A stretch of 64,000 bases of DNA from assembly GCA_016200045.1 (NCBI GenBank), contig JACQFN010000005.1, positions 38,205 to 102,204 on the forward strand, read 5' to 3'. The DNA comes from Nitrososphaerota archaeon. Its GTDB lineage: Archaea > Thermoproteota > Nitrososphaeria > Nitrososphaerales > Gagatemarchaeaceae. Numbering within the stretch: position 1 is the first letter of the stretch; each line of letters opens with the position of its first letter. Below the pieces are notes generated by a model that saw only the letters and a list, made by a program, of their open reading frames with translations, was not told where the DNA came from and did no database searches. The translations under genes were made by a program, and so were the position numbers. Below, in pieces: positions 1 to 8,063 of this stretch.

Positions 1-509
1 AGTACAAGCGTGACAAGATCTTCAAGCAGCTGTCCCTCACTCCGCTGACCAAGGCCGAGTGGCTCCTCTCCAAGATCATCTGGTACGTCCTGCTGACCGG
101 GGTCTCTTTCCTCATGATGAGCGCGGCAGGGATCTTCCTCTTCGGGGCTCACATCGGCTTCTCGCTCGGAATCCTCCCCTTCCTGGTGTTAGGGCCGTTC
201 ATGTTCGTCTCCCTGGGGATGCTGATCGGGACGATTTCGAACAGCCCCGAATCTGCCGCGGTCGTTGGGAACCTCATCACCTTCCCGATGATGTTCCTGT
301 CAGGGACCTTCTTCCCCGTTGCGTCGATGCCGGCATACCTGCAGGGCATCGCGCACCTGCTCCCGCTGTTCTACGTGATTGACGGACTGAACAACGTGAT
401 GATCTATGGGAACTACTCTCCCGCGCTTTTCGACCTGTCGGTGATGGTCGTCGTCGGGGTCGCGATTTTCGCCCTTGCCGTCAGATTCTTCAAGTGGAGG
501 GAAGACTGA
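1..509 (+). CDS. ABC-2 type transporter permease, 5'-truncated by window edge
   Basis: Frame 3 is open from nt 3 (YKRDKIFKQLSLTPLTKAEW...) into the listed 131-aa ORF. Multi-TM C-terminal half with FPMMFLSGTFFP...LLPLFYVIDGL, typical of ABC-2 permeases. Confidence 0.7.
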   Translation, partial: YKRDKIFKQLSLTPLTKAEWLLSKIIWYVLLTGVSFLMMSAAGIFLFGAHIGFSLGILPFLVLGPFMFVSLGMLIGTISNSPESAAVVGNLITFPMMFLSGTFFPVASMPAYLQGIAHLLPLFYVIDGLNNVMIYGNYSPALFDLSVMVVVGVAIFALAVRFFKWRED

Positions 510-536
510 AAGGCGGTTTCCCCTTATATCGCCGAG

Positions 537-818
537 GTGGAGATTCTCACGGGTTTGAAGAGGAGGGAGCCGGTCCTGATCTACATGGACATCCTCGCCG
601 CACTCTTCGAGGGTCCACGGGGACCGACGAGGCTGGCGCAGGCTTGCAACATCAACTACGGCAGGCTGGAGAACTACACCGGGCCTTTGCTGACAAAGGG
701 GCTTCTGAGGGTCGGGGGTGCAGAAGGTCAGGAGGCCCTTTCGATAACCGAGCAGGGGCGGGACCTGTACCTCGAGTGGCTCGAGGTGTGGAAGAAGCTC
801 CCCCTTGGGGTGACCTGA
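537..818 (+). CDS. small winged-helix DNA-binding protein
   Basis: 93 aa. ILAALFEGPRGPTRLAQACNINYGRLENYTGPLLTKGLL is a helix-turn-helix plus wing pattern. GTG start. Confidence 0.5.
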   Translation: MEILTGLKRREPVLIYMDILAALFEGPRGPTRLAQACNINYGRLENYTGPLLTKGLLRVGGAEGQEALSITEQGRDLYLEWLEVWKKLPLGVT

Positions 819-860
819 GGTCAGCACGGCTTTTATCCTCGGGGAGACTGGTCGGTCCCG

Positions 861-1214
861 TTGACTGAGGATTCCAAGAACGTGAGGGTGATTGAGGCAC
901 ACGCTGCCCTGGTGCGTCACATCGAAGCCGAAAGCAGGAGGATGCGCATCCTCTCGGGAGTGACGATCGTTGTCGCTCTCGTCCTGGGGCTGTCCTACGC
1001 ATACCAGCTCCTGCTACCGGCTCTCGGTACTACCTCCGTGACCGTCGAACTGACGAGCCCTGCCAACATGGCGCTGGAGGCCCTCCTGCTCGGCCTTACC
1101 CTCGTGTGGCTCTATGTGGGGGTCGCCGACTACCTGTTCTCCTCGAGGCTTGCCCTGTCGATCAAAGGCGCCCGCGCCGACGAGGTCAGGATAGGCGAGC
1201 GAATTGGCGAGTGA
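861..1214 (+). CDS. hypothetical membrane protein (2 TM)
   Basis: Two hydrophobic helices (ILSGVTIVVALVLGLSYAYQLLL; LEALLLGLTLVWLYVGVADYLF). No family recognised. Confidence 0.4.
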   Translation: MTEDSKNVRVIEAHAALVRHIEAESRRMRILSGVTIVVALVLGLSYAYQLLLPALGTTSVTVELTSPANMALEALLLGLTLVWLYVGVADYLFSSRLALSIKGARADEVRIGERIGE

Positions 1215-1216
1215 GA

Positions 1217-1966
1217 TCAGGACATGTACGCGAACGACTTCTTCGACAGTTCTGAGTTGAGTGTCTCGAAGCTCGTTATCGAGCCAACGTCGTGCCAGAT
1301 TCCTTCTGTGAAGAACGCTGCGACCTTCCCCCCGCTGGCCAAGAGCTCGGGGACGAAGTGAGTCATCAGGTCGGTCTTCCCTGGGCCGGCCGCGTTCACG
1401 ACCAGTTCCATCGCCTTTTGACCCAAGACCATGCACCCTGTCATCACGTCGAGTTCGAGCTTTGGCTTCTCTCTGACCCTCGAAACAAACCCGCCTCCCT
1501 CGACGTCGGCGATTCCGACAGGGAGGGTGTACCCCTTCGCAAGGACCAGCGTCGCGTCCGCTCCCTTTTCCCTGTGGGTCTTCAGCAGCGAGGTGATGTC
1601 AAGCTCGGACAGGACGTCCCCGTAGTAGACAAGAAGCTCGTCGCATTCGGAGACTGCCCCGCCTTTTAGCGCGCTTGCTACGGCGTTCATGCTCCCGGGC
1701 CTGTCCTTGGCGTCCTTGGAGTAGCTCAGGGTGACCCCGAACTTGGAGCCGTCCCCGAAGTACTCTCTGATGTCCCCGGACTTGTAGCCAGTGAGGAGCG
1801 AAATCTTCGTAATCCCGTGATGCGCGGCCATCTTGATGATGTAGGCCAGGAGCGGGAGCTTCTGGGGTCCGACCGGGATCATTGTCTTCTGGAAGAAGTC
1901 TGTGAGAGGCCTGAGCCGTTCGCCACGGCCGCCGCAAAGAATTGCAGCTTCTGTCCGTTGAGCCAC
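1217..1966 (-). CDS. sugar-phosphate nucleotidyltransferase (NTP_transferase family)
   Basis: N-terminal AAILCGGRGERLRPLT signature (G-x-G-x-R-L). About 250 aa Rossmann-like length. GTG start. Confidence 0.7.
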   Translation of the reverse strand: MAQRTEAAILCGGRGERLRPLTDFFQKTMIPVGPQKLPLLAYIIKMAAHHGITKISLLTGYKSGDIREYFGDGSKFGVTLSYSKDAKDRPGSMNAVASALKGGAVSECDELLVYYGDVLSELDITSLLKTHREKGADATLVLAKGYTLPVGIADVEGGGFVSRVREKPKLELDVMTGCMVLGQKAMELVVNAAGPGKTDLMTHFVPELLASGGKVAAFFTEGIWHDVGSITSFETLNSELSKKSFAYMS

Positions 1967-2012
1967 AGCGCGGGCAGAGCCTAAGTGTAATTAATCCTTG
2001 AGCATGGACCGG

Positions 2013-2975
2013 CTATCGGTTCCCTTCGAATCGCCTTAACAGGGGAGACTCGGCAGGCCTGACCTGAACCCTTCCGATTGAGCCCATCCTGTTCACGTCC
2101 AGATTGACGATTGCACCCAGTCCGACCTTCGAAAGCACCAGAAGTAGGTCTTTGGTCCTTTCCACTCTGTGAGACTCCGCGCCGACGACAACGTCCCCCG
2201 ACCTCAGACCTGCTCTGTCCGAAGGACCTCCCGGTACGACCTCGGCTATCAGGAACCCCGAGTCGGTGGAGATTCCGTACCTCCTCGCGACAGGCGGACT
2301 CAGGTCTATCCCTGAAATCCCGATCCAGGGCCTTGCGACCCTCCCGTGCTCCAAGATTTCGGATGCTATCCGCTTCACAGTGTTGATTGGGATCGCAAAA
2401 CCCATCCCCTGGGCGTAAGGAATCATCGCACTGTTGATTCCGATCACCTTTCCTTCAATGTCGGCAAGGGGCCCCCCGCTGTTCCCAGGGTTGACAGCCG
2501 CGTCTGTCTGCAGCAGGCCCTCGAAGATGAAGTCCGACCCGGGGAGAGGCCGCCCCATCGCGCTGAGGACCCCCATCGACACGGTCGGCCCTCCCGGAAG
2601 GCCAAGGGCGTTCCCGATGGCCAGCGCGAACTGTCCCACCTTCAGCGATTCGGAGTCGCCGAGTTCGGCGGCAGGGAGGTCGGTCGCCTCGACTTTTATG
2701 ACCGCTACGTCCGTCGCCTCGTCCGTCCCCACAACCTCCCCCACGTAGTTCCTGCCGTCCTTTAGACTGACGTGGACCTGCGAGGCGCTGTCGATGACGT
2801 GGTTGTTGGTGATTATCAGGCCCTCTTTTGAAAGTATGACCCCGGAGCCCTGTCCCTCAGACGGGACGAGGCCGAAGAAGCGCCTTTCGAGCCGAGTGCT
2901 GCTGATGCTGACCAGGCTTTCGCTTACCTTCTCCACCGACTCGGTCACCCTTCCTTCGAATCCCGAAAGGTCCAT
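2013..2975 (-). CDS. HtrA/DegP-type trypsin-like serine protease with PDZ domain
   Basis: Catalytic His (IITNNHVI), Asp (TDVAVIKV) and Ser (GNSGGPL) motifs, plus a C-terminal PDZ-like LRSGDVVV. Start moved to the internal ATG at 2975 to avoid overlap with the upstream gene. Confidence 0.8.
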   Translation of the reverse strand: MDLSGFEGRVTESVEKVSESLVSISSTRLERRFFGLVPSEGQGSGVILSKEGLIITNNHVIDSASQVHVSLKDGRNYVGEVVGTDEATDVAVIKVEATDLPAAELGDSESLKVGQFALAIGNALGLPGGPTVSMGVLSAMGRPLPGSDFIFEGLLQTDAAVNPGNSGGPLADIEGKVIGINSAMIPYAQGMGFAIPINTVKRIASEILEHGRVARPWIGISGIDLSPPVARRYGISTDSGFLIAEVVPGGPSDRAGLRSGDVVVGAESHRVERTKDLLLVLSKVGLGAIVNLDVNRMGSIGRVQVRPAESPLLRRFEGNR

Positions 2976-2982
2976 CCTTCCC

Positions 2983-3354
2983 CTATCCCTCCAGTCCCCA
3001 GCTCCTGATGCTCCCTGGGACAATCATGACAGAAACATCGGAGTCCCCGTTGCCGTCGGGCTCGGCATTCCCCCTCACTTCCACCCCCCTGACCCGCCAC
3101 GGCCTCGTCGAGACTATGTCGTCTACCACGAACGCCACTCTGCGATTCGCCGAAAGATTCCTGAACTTTAAAGAATGCTGAAGGTCCTTTCCTCCGAACC
3201 GGATGCTGCGACCGTCGAAGCTGTACACGACGGGGACGACGTGGGGCTGCCCCGCTGCCGAGGAGGTCGCCACCCGCCCCAGGAAATTGTCGGCGAGATA
3301 CTCGGCTTCCCTTTCGGAGAATGTCTTGCGCGCCGCGCTGTCTGTGGTTATCAT
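2983..3354 (-). CDS. pyridoxamine 5'-phosphate oxidase (PPOX) family FMN/F420-binding protein
   Basis: GRVATSSAAGQPHVVPVVYSFDG...FRNLSANRRVAFVVDD matches the split-barrel PPOX pattern. Confidence 0.65.
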   Translation of the reverse strand: MITTDSAARKTFSEREAEYLADNFLGRVATSSAAGQPHVVPVVYSFDGRSIRFGGKDLQHSLKFRNLSANRRVAFVVDDIVSTRPWRVRGVEVRGNAEPDGNGDSDVSVMIVPGSIRSWGLEG

Positions 3355-3419
3355 GCCGCCGCGAGATGCGATGTGCGGTCATCTTTTTATACATGGTAGT
3401 AAATTGCTACTGGTCAGGT

Positions 3420-3818
3420 ATGGGGAACCTAACCAAGTCAGCGCAGTTGGACCAGGAAACGCTTGATTCCTGCAAGGTGGTCCACGCCACGTGGAATGAG
3501 ATCACCAGGACCTGGACTCTCCCCACTGTACACGCCCTTGGGCTAAAGGAACCTGCGAGGTTCAACGAACTGAAGAGGAGGATAGAAGGAATCAGCGCAA
3601 CCTCGCTCGCCGAGCGGCTCACCCAGCTCGAAAAGTTCGGGGTCGTCCAGAGGAAGGTGTTCAAGGTGGTGGAAGAGGAGCGGGAGACCCCTAGGGTCGA
3701 GTATTCCCTTACGGTCAAGGGGCACGAGGTGTACAAGATTCTCTGTGACCTCGCCGGGTGGTCGGAGCGCTGGGTTGGGAAAGAGCCGAACAGCAGAGAG
3801 TTCTTAGTCTCGAAATAG
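3420..3818 (+). CDS. HxlR family transcriptional regulator
   Basis: WTLPTVHALGLKEPARFNELKRRIEGISATSLAERLTQLEKFGVV...VEYSLT is the HxlR wHTH signature. Start set to the ATG at 3420; the upstream ORF extension looks non-coding. Confidence 0.75.
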   Translation: MGNLTKSAQLDQETLDSCKVVHATWNEITRTWTLPTVHALGLKEPARFNELKRRIEGISATSLAERLTQLEKFGVVQRKVFKVVEEERETPRVEYSLTVKGHEVYKILCDLAGWSERWVGKEPNSREFLVSK

Positions 3819-3851
3819 GGAAAGTCAGATCGGGGCCTTGTCAGGCCTGCC

Positions 3852-4277
3852 TCAGTCTTTCTCTTCAGCCGTCCTTGACCCTCTGTAGAGGAGGAGTCCC
3901 AGCAAGACCCCGACGACGATCGGGACAATGACCACACCAGTGAGAGCGGTAGGCTGCCCAGCTATCGCTTCAAGATGGGAGGGCGGGTTGCTGGGGGCGA
4001 AATCCAGGCCTGAGACTTGATTTGACGGATTCGAAGGGCTGGTTGCCTGCGTCTGTGTACTCGTTTCGCTGAGGGTAGCGTTGTAGACACTCCCGGGAAC
4101 GGCCGAGGTCGACGACATGGTTGTTGTAGTAGTTGCAGACGAAGTGTCCGAGTTCAACCTGACGCTGGCCGGGGTGAAGCTCCCGAAGGTCCCGTATGAA
4201 AGACCGGAGTATCCGATGATCATTAGCCCGGCGACGAGTCCCGCCGAGATTCCCGTCAGGAAGCCTTTAGCGCGCAT
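3852..4277 (-). CDS. membrane-anchored Ser/Thr-rich protein, unknown function
   Basis: N-terminal TM helix, S/T-rich low-complexity middle, C-terminal TM helix (VVIVPIVVGVLLGLLLY). Confidence 0.4.
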   Translation of the reverse strand: MRAKGFLTGISAGLVAGLMIIGYSGLSYGTFGSFTPASVRLNSDTSSATTTTTMSSTSAVPGSVYNATLSETSTQTQATSPSNPSNQVSGLDFAPSNPPSHLEAIAGQPTALTGVVIVPIVVGVLLGLLLYRGSRTAEEKD

Positions 4278-4316
4278 GGTATGACATCACACATGATCGG
4301 TAGATAGTTCTAGTCT

Positions 4317-4757
4317 TCAGAACGGTTTTCTCCTCCAGACCCTCCACGCTTCATACCAGAACATGGCCGACGCACCGAATGTCCCTATCAGCGCGTAGAG
4401 GTCGAGAGACCCTCCCCTGTTGAGCAGGAAGTAGGCGACGGATATCGTAGTGAAGAAGGCGGCGTAGAACCCCAGCCTCGGAAGGGTCAGCCCCCTGAAG
4501 CTGATGAAGGCGTGCAAGATTCCGGTGTCAACTTTCTTGATGAGGACGTACCTCTCATACTGGTCCTTCTCCACGAGGCCGAGGTTCACTAGCTTGTCGA
4601 GGTGATGAAATGCCACGCTCGGGCTTGAAAAGCCCAGCTCTTTCTGGACCTCTCTGACCCCGGCAGCCCTCCCGTACCTAAGAAGGTGAAGGTAGACCTT
4701 CAGGGTCTTGCCGCGAAGCTCGTACTCGACCCTCTCGCGCCTGTCGGCCTCTTGCAA
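4317..4757 (-). CDS. membrane-linked winged-helix (ArsR-like) regulator
   Basis: LKVYLHLLRYGRAAGVREVQKELGFSSPSVAFHHLDKLVNLGLVEK, followed by two TM helices. Non-ATG (TTG) start. Confidence 0.55.
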   Translation of the reverse strand: MQEADRRERVEYELRGKTLKVYLHLLRYGRAAGVREVQKELGFSSPSVAFHHLDKLVNLGLVEKDQYERYVLIKKVDTGILHAFISFRGLTLPRLGFYAAFFTTISVAYFLLNRGGSLDLYALIGTFGASAMFWYEAWRVWRRKPF

Positions 4758-4862
4758 CCTTCTCGCGGGGCTCCTCAGGTGAGTTAAGGCCTTTGTTCGC
4801 GAATGGAGAACAGGGCGTTCGTCGGGATGGGATAAAGTCGCCCACCCACGATACCTCGGCCG

Positions 4863-6095
4863 ATGGACGGACTCGGGAAGGTCTCGGAAAGGAAGGTGTT
4901 GGGACTTATCGCCGCCACCGTCATCCTCGGAGGGATCGTCATCGGTGTCTCGGGCTTCGTCTTCGGGACCTTCGGGTCGTTCACCTCGTCAGAGCCAAGC
5001 ACAGGTGTTTCCCTGTACCCGTCACACTCTCCTTCCTTCGTGTTCGGATCAGACCAGCTCAACGGTTCCCCACCGGACACCTTCGTGGTCCGGACGGCCA
5101 TGACCATGACGTCCACCACGTTCAGCAATGGACCCGGAGGGGGCGGGAACGGGTCAGGTCCCTCCTCATCATTTTCAGGGGTCGGAGGCGGTGGAGGGGG
5201 CGGCTCCCTTGAGTTCTCGAGCAGCCTGACAGTCCAAAGTCCCCAGCCATCGCAGGTCGCCAGTGAAGTGGTCGCGCTCGCGTATTCGGTGGGAGGTTAT
5301 GTCGCATATCAGTCGACCGTAAAGGACTCCGCCTACGTCGTGGTCAGGGTTCCCGCGGCTTCCTACCAGAACGTGCTTTCTCAGATCAAGGGGATGGGGA
5401 ACGTAACGACACTGAGCTCCAACTCAAACGATGTCACTGTTCAGTACACGGACCTCAATGCGACGCTGAAGTCTCTCCAGGCGGAACAGTTTGCCTTGCT
5501 CAGGCTAGTGAACCAGTCTACGTCCATCAACAATACGCTCGCAATCGAATCACAGCTTCAGTCTGTGGACTCGCAAATCAACAGCGTGCAGAGTCAGATA
5601 CTCCAGACTCGGACGCTCATCCAGTACTCCACGTTCACGGTGACGGTCACGAAGGAACCTGAGAAGGTCCCACTCTCCGTGGCGCTAAGTGCTACCCCAA
5701 AGAGCGGCCCGAGTCCCCTGAGCGTGACCCTGAACGCGATTGTGAAGGGCGGGGTGCCGAACTACTACGTAGACTATAACTTCGGTGACGGCTCCGACTC
5801 GCAGGGCCAGGTCGTCGTCCACAGGTTCTCCGGCGCTGGAGACTACAACGTCACCGTGAGCGTGACCGACAGCAGCGGGGCGTCGGTGGTGTCTTCAGAG
5901 ATTGTCCACGTGTCGCAGTCAGGAGGAGGAGGTCTGGGAAGCTTCTTCGGGACCGTGTACGGGCTTTTCGTCAGCGTGGTGGAGGGAATCGTCGAGGTCG
6001 CGGCCGTCGTGATACCTATCGGACTCGTTGCACTAGCGGTGCTCTATCCGTTTCAGCGGCGCGCGAGAGCCAAGCAGCTCAAGCAGTCGCCGTAG
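4863..6095 (+). CDS. DUF4349-like domain plus PKD domain membrane protein
   Basis: N-terminal TM helix, Gly-rich linker, then a DUF4349-like core (YVVVRVPAASYQNVLSQIKGMGNV..., coiled NATLKSLQAEQFALLRL). PKD-like repeat (PLSVTLNA...DYNFGDGS...GDYNVTVSVTDSSG). C-terminal TM helix plus basic tail. Confidence 0.6.
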   Translation: MDGLGKVSERKVLGLIAATVILGGIVIGVSGFVFGTFGSFTSSEPSTGVSLYPSHSPSFVFGSDQLNGSPPDTFVVRTAMTMTSTTFSNGPGGGGNGSGPSSSFSGVGGGGGGGSLEFSSSLTVQSPQPSQVASEVVALAYSVGGYVAYQSTVKDSAYVVVRVPAASYQNVLSQIKGMGNVTTLSSNSNDVTVQYTDLNATLKSLQAEQFALLRLVNQSTSINNTLAIESQLQSVDSQINSVQSQILQTRTLIQYSTFTVTVTKEPEKVPLSVALSATPKSGPSPLSVTLNAIVKGGVPNYYVDYNFGDGSDSQGQVVVHRFSGAGDYNVTVSVTDSSGASVVSSEIVHVSQSGGGGLGSFFGTVYGLFVSVVEGIVEVAAVVIPIGLVALAVLYPFQRRARAKQLKQSP

Positions 6096-6315
6096 AGGCG
6101 CCCTTCTTCAGCTTCCGGTAGTGGATGTAGACGATTAGTGTACAACTGACCAGGACACCCACAACCGCGAGCATCGAGTGTGACAGTGTGTCCGCCGTCC
6201 CCGGAGGCACGTTGCTCAGCACGGACCCGGCCAGAGGGAGGCTCATTGCGGAGCCCCGGTTCCCGTGGTTTATGGAAGCGTTGCGGAACAAAGGAGTCTG
6301 CAATCGTCAGGCAAC

Positions 6316-6323
6316 GATATTAA
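6316..6323 (+). promoter_or_regulatory. TATA-like box (GATATTAA)
   Basis: Centre lies about 26 nt upstream of the GTG at 6346. Confidence 0.35.
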
Positions 6324-6345
6324 TCGGGACTCGCCTCGAACGCCT

Positions 6346-6783
6346 GTGCTTCTGACGAACCTTGAGATTCCCGACATAGTGAACAGATACAAGGTCGTAG
6401 CTGTCGTTGGAGCCTCCAAGAACCCTGAGAAGGACGCCCACACTGTCCCCGCGTACCTCGTCGCCCATGGCTTCACAGTGATCCCGGTCAACCCGACTGC
6501 GGACACGGTCCTGGGAATCAAGGCGTACCCCACGCTGTCGGCTCTCCCAGACGAGCTGGCGAAGATGATAGACATCGTGGACGTCTTCAGGCCGTCCGAG
6601 GAACTCGCCGATATCGCGAGCCAGACGGCGGAGATGAAGCGCAAGACGGGGAGGCCCTTCGTCTTCTGGGCTCAGCTTGGAATCAAGAGCGAGGCCGCCC
6701 GCGACATTCTGACGAGGGCAGCCGTGGGTTACGTGATGGACTACTGCATCAGAACTGCACATCAGGAGTACGGGAAGGCGTGA
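6346..6783 (+). CDS. CoA-binding domain protein (YccU/YneT-like)
   Basis: RYKVVAVVGASKNPEKDAHTVPAYLVAHGFTVIPVNP...IDIVDVFRP is the CoA_binding_2 pattern. The ORF is open from 6265. GTG 6346 was chosen because a TATA-like box lies 26 nt upstream. Confidence 0.65.
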   Translation: MLLTNLEIPDIVNRYKVVAVVGASKNPEKDAHTVPAYLVAHGFTVIPVNPTADTVLGIKAYPTLSALPDELAKMIDIVDVFRPSEELADIASQTAEMKRKTGRPFVFWAQLGIKSEAARDILTRAAVGYVMDYCIRTAHQEYGKA

Positions 6784-6785
6784 AG

Positions 6786-6956
6786 ATGAACGAGGAGTGG
6801 CACCTGGCGCACGTGATGCCCAGGGATGCGACTCGGAAGGAGAGGGTGATCTGGCACGGCCAACATGACAGAAAGTGCGGGTGCAGGCCAGTCCCGGACG
6901 CCCTGAGAAAGGAGGTCGACGGCCTCCGAAAGAAAACGAGAAGCGTATCTCAATAA
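6786..6956 (+). CDS. small (56 aa) His/Cys-containing protein, below the ORF-track cutoff
   Basis: ATG sits 2 nt after the upstream stop. MNEEWHLAHVMPRDATRKERVIWHGQHDRKCGCRPVPDALRKEV..., with strongly G/C-biased third positions. The WH..H..H...CGC pattern suggests metal binding. Confidence 0.45.
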   Translation: MNEEWHLAHVMPRDATRKERVIWHGQHDRKCGCRPVPDALRKEVDGLRKKTRSVSQ

Positions 6957-6981
6957 CCTGCGGGCCGGAGGGGGTGTTCGG

Positions 6982-7821
6982 ATGTTCGACCCCGCCTACG
7001 CGATGATAGCCTCGGTCATCTGGGCGTTCAGCCCCATCTACTACGGGACGTTAATGAAAAAGCTCGACTTCCTCGTATTGAACTGGTTCAGGACGTCAAT
7101 GGCTGCTGCCGCCCTCGCAGTCCCTGCTGCGTACTTCGGGTTCACTTGGGGAGTATCCTATGCTCTGCTCAGCGGGGTGACAACCCTAGCTCTTGGCGAT
7201 TCGCTCTTCCTCCTGGCCATCAAGGATGTGGGAGCTTCTGTTTCGGCCCCCGTCGTGTACACGTACATCGTTTTCATCCAGCTGACCGCAGGTGCGGTCG
7301 GGGACGTCGTCCCTGCCGCCAACTATCTTTCGGCGGTCATGGTCGTCTTCGGGGTCTTTGTCCTGTCAAGGGGCGGGGAGGGGAGGCCGAGGGCGAAGGG
7401 CGTCGCCTACGCGCTGGCGGCTGCGCTCGTGTGGACAGGGGGGCAGGATCTGATCAGCGTGGCCACAGGGACCGGGGCCAACGTCGTTACGATCGCGTTC
7501 GCGAGGAACTTCGCAGCTGCCCTGGCCCTTGGGGTAGCGGTCTTTGCCCTCAGGCGAGGGTCGTGGAGGCCGGTCGGAACTTCGAGAAGGGAGCTCGGCT
7601 TCTTTGTCTTCATCGGACTGAGCGACCTCGTCGTCGGCTCGCTGCTCTACGTATACTCCGTATCCCTCGTGCGGATTGCGCTCACGGTGATCCTGACGAG
7701 CCTTTCCCCGCTCCTCACCCAGGTCTTCTCGAAGGCGCTGGGGAAGGAATCACCTTCGATAAGAGACTTGGCGGGAGGGATACTGATCGTCACCGCAGTA
7801 ATCATCGCGGTCGTCGGTTGA
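6982..7821 (+). CDS. EamA/DMT superfamily transporter
   Basis: About 10 TM helices in two similar halves, 279 aa, typical EamA-like composition. Confidence 0.65.
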   Translation: MFDPAYAMIASVIWAFSPIYYGTLMKKLDFLVLNWFRTSMAAAALAVPAAYFGFTWGVSYALLSGVTTLALGDSLFLLAIKDVGASVSAPVVYTYIVFIQLTAGAVGDVVPAANYLSAVMVVFGVFVLSRGGEGRPRAKGVAYALAAALVWTGGQDLISVATGTGANVVTIAFARNFAAALALGVAVFALRRGSWRPVGTSRRELGFFVFIGLSDLVVGSLLYVYSVSLVRIALTVILTSLSPLLTQVFSKALGKESPSIRDLAGGILIVTAVIIAVVG

Positions 7822-7889
7822 ACTGAGGAGAGTCCTGTCCAGCTTCGTCCGCAGCCTCGTCACCAGCGAGGGGAGAAAGCCTGAACTAG

Positions 7890-8057
7890 ATGCCTTCGGA
7901 TTCGTCTATTGAAATGGCGACAGACCCTGTGTGCGGGATGACCGTCAATGAAAGTTCTGCGAAGTGGAAGGCGGACTTCAACGGCAAGACCTACTACTTC
8001 TGCTCGCAGGGTTGCTTCGGCAGGTTCACGGCGGAGCCCTCCAAGTTCGCCGATTGA
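7890..8057 (+). CDS. YHS/TRASH-domain small metal-binding protein (55 aa, below ORF-track cutoff)
   Basis: DPVCGMTVNESSAKWKADFNGKTYYFCSQGCFGRFTAEPSKF is a textbook YHS domain. Confidence 0.7.
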   Translation: MPSDSSIEMATDPVCGMTVNESSAKWKADFNGKTYYFCSQGCFGRFTAEPSKFAD

Positions 8058-8063
8058 AGCGCT

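Noticed and set aside
6079-6303. 74-aa minus-strand ORF (or 55 aa from the internal ATG 6246) with a C-terminal TM helix
   Set aside because: It overlaps the 3' end of the DUF4349-PKD gene and the region upstream of the CoA-binding gene, and I recognise no family. It could be a real miniprotein, but support is insufficient to list it.
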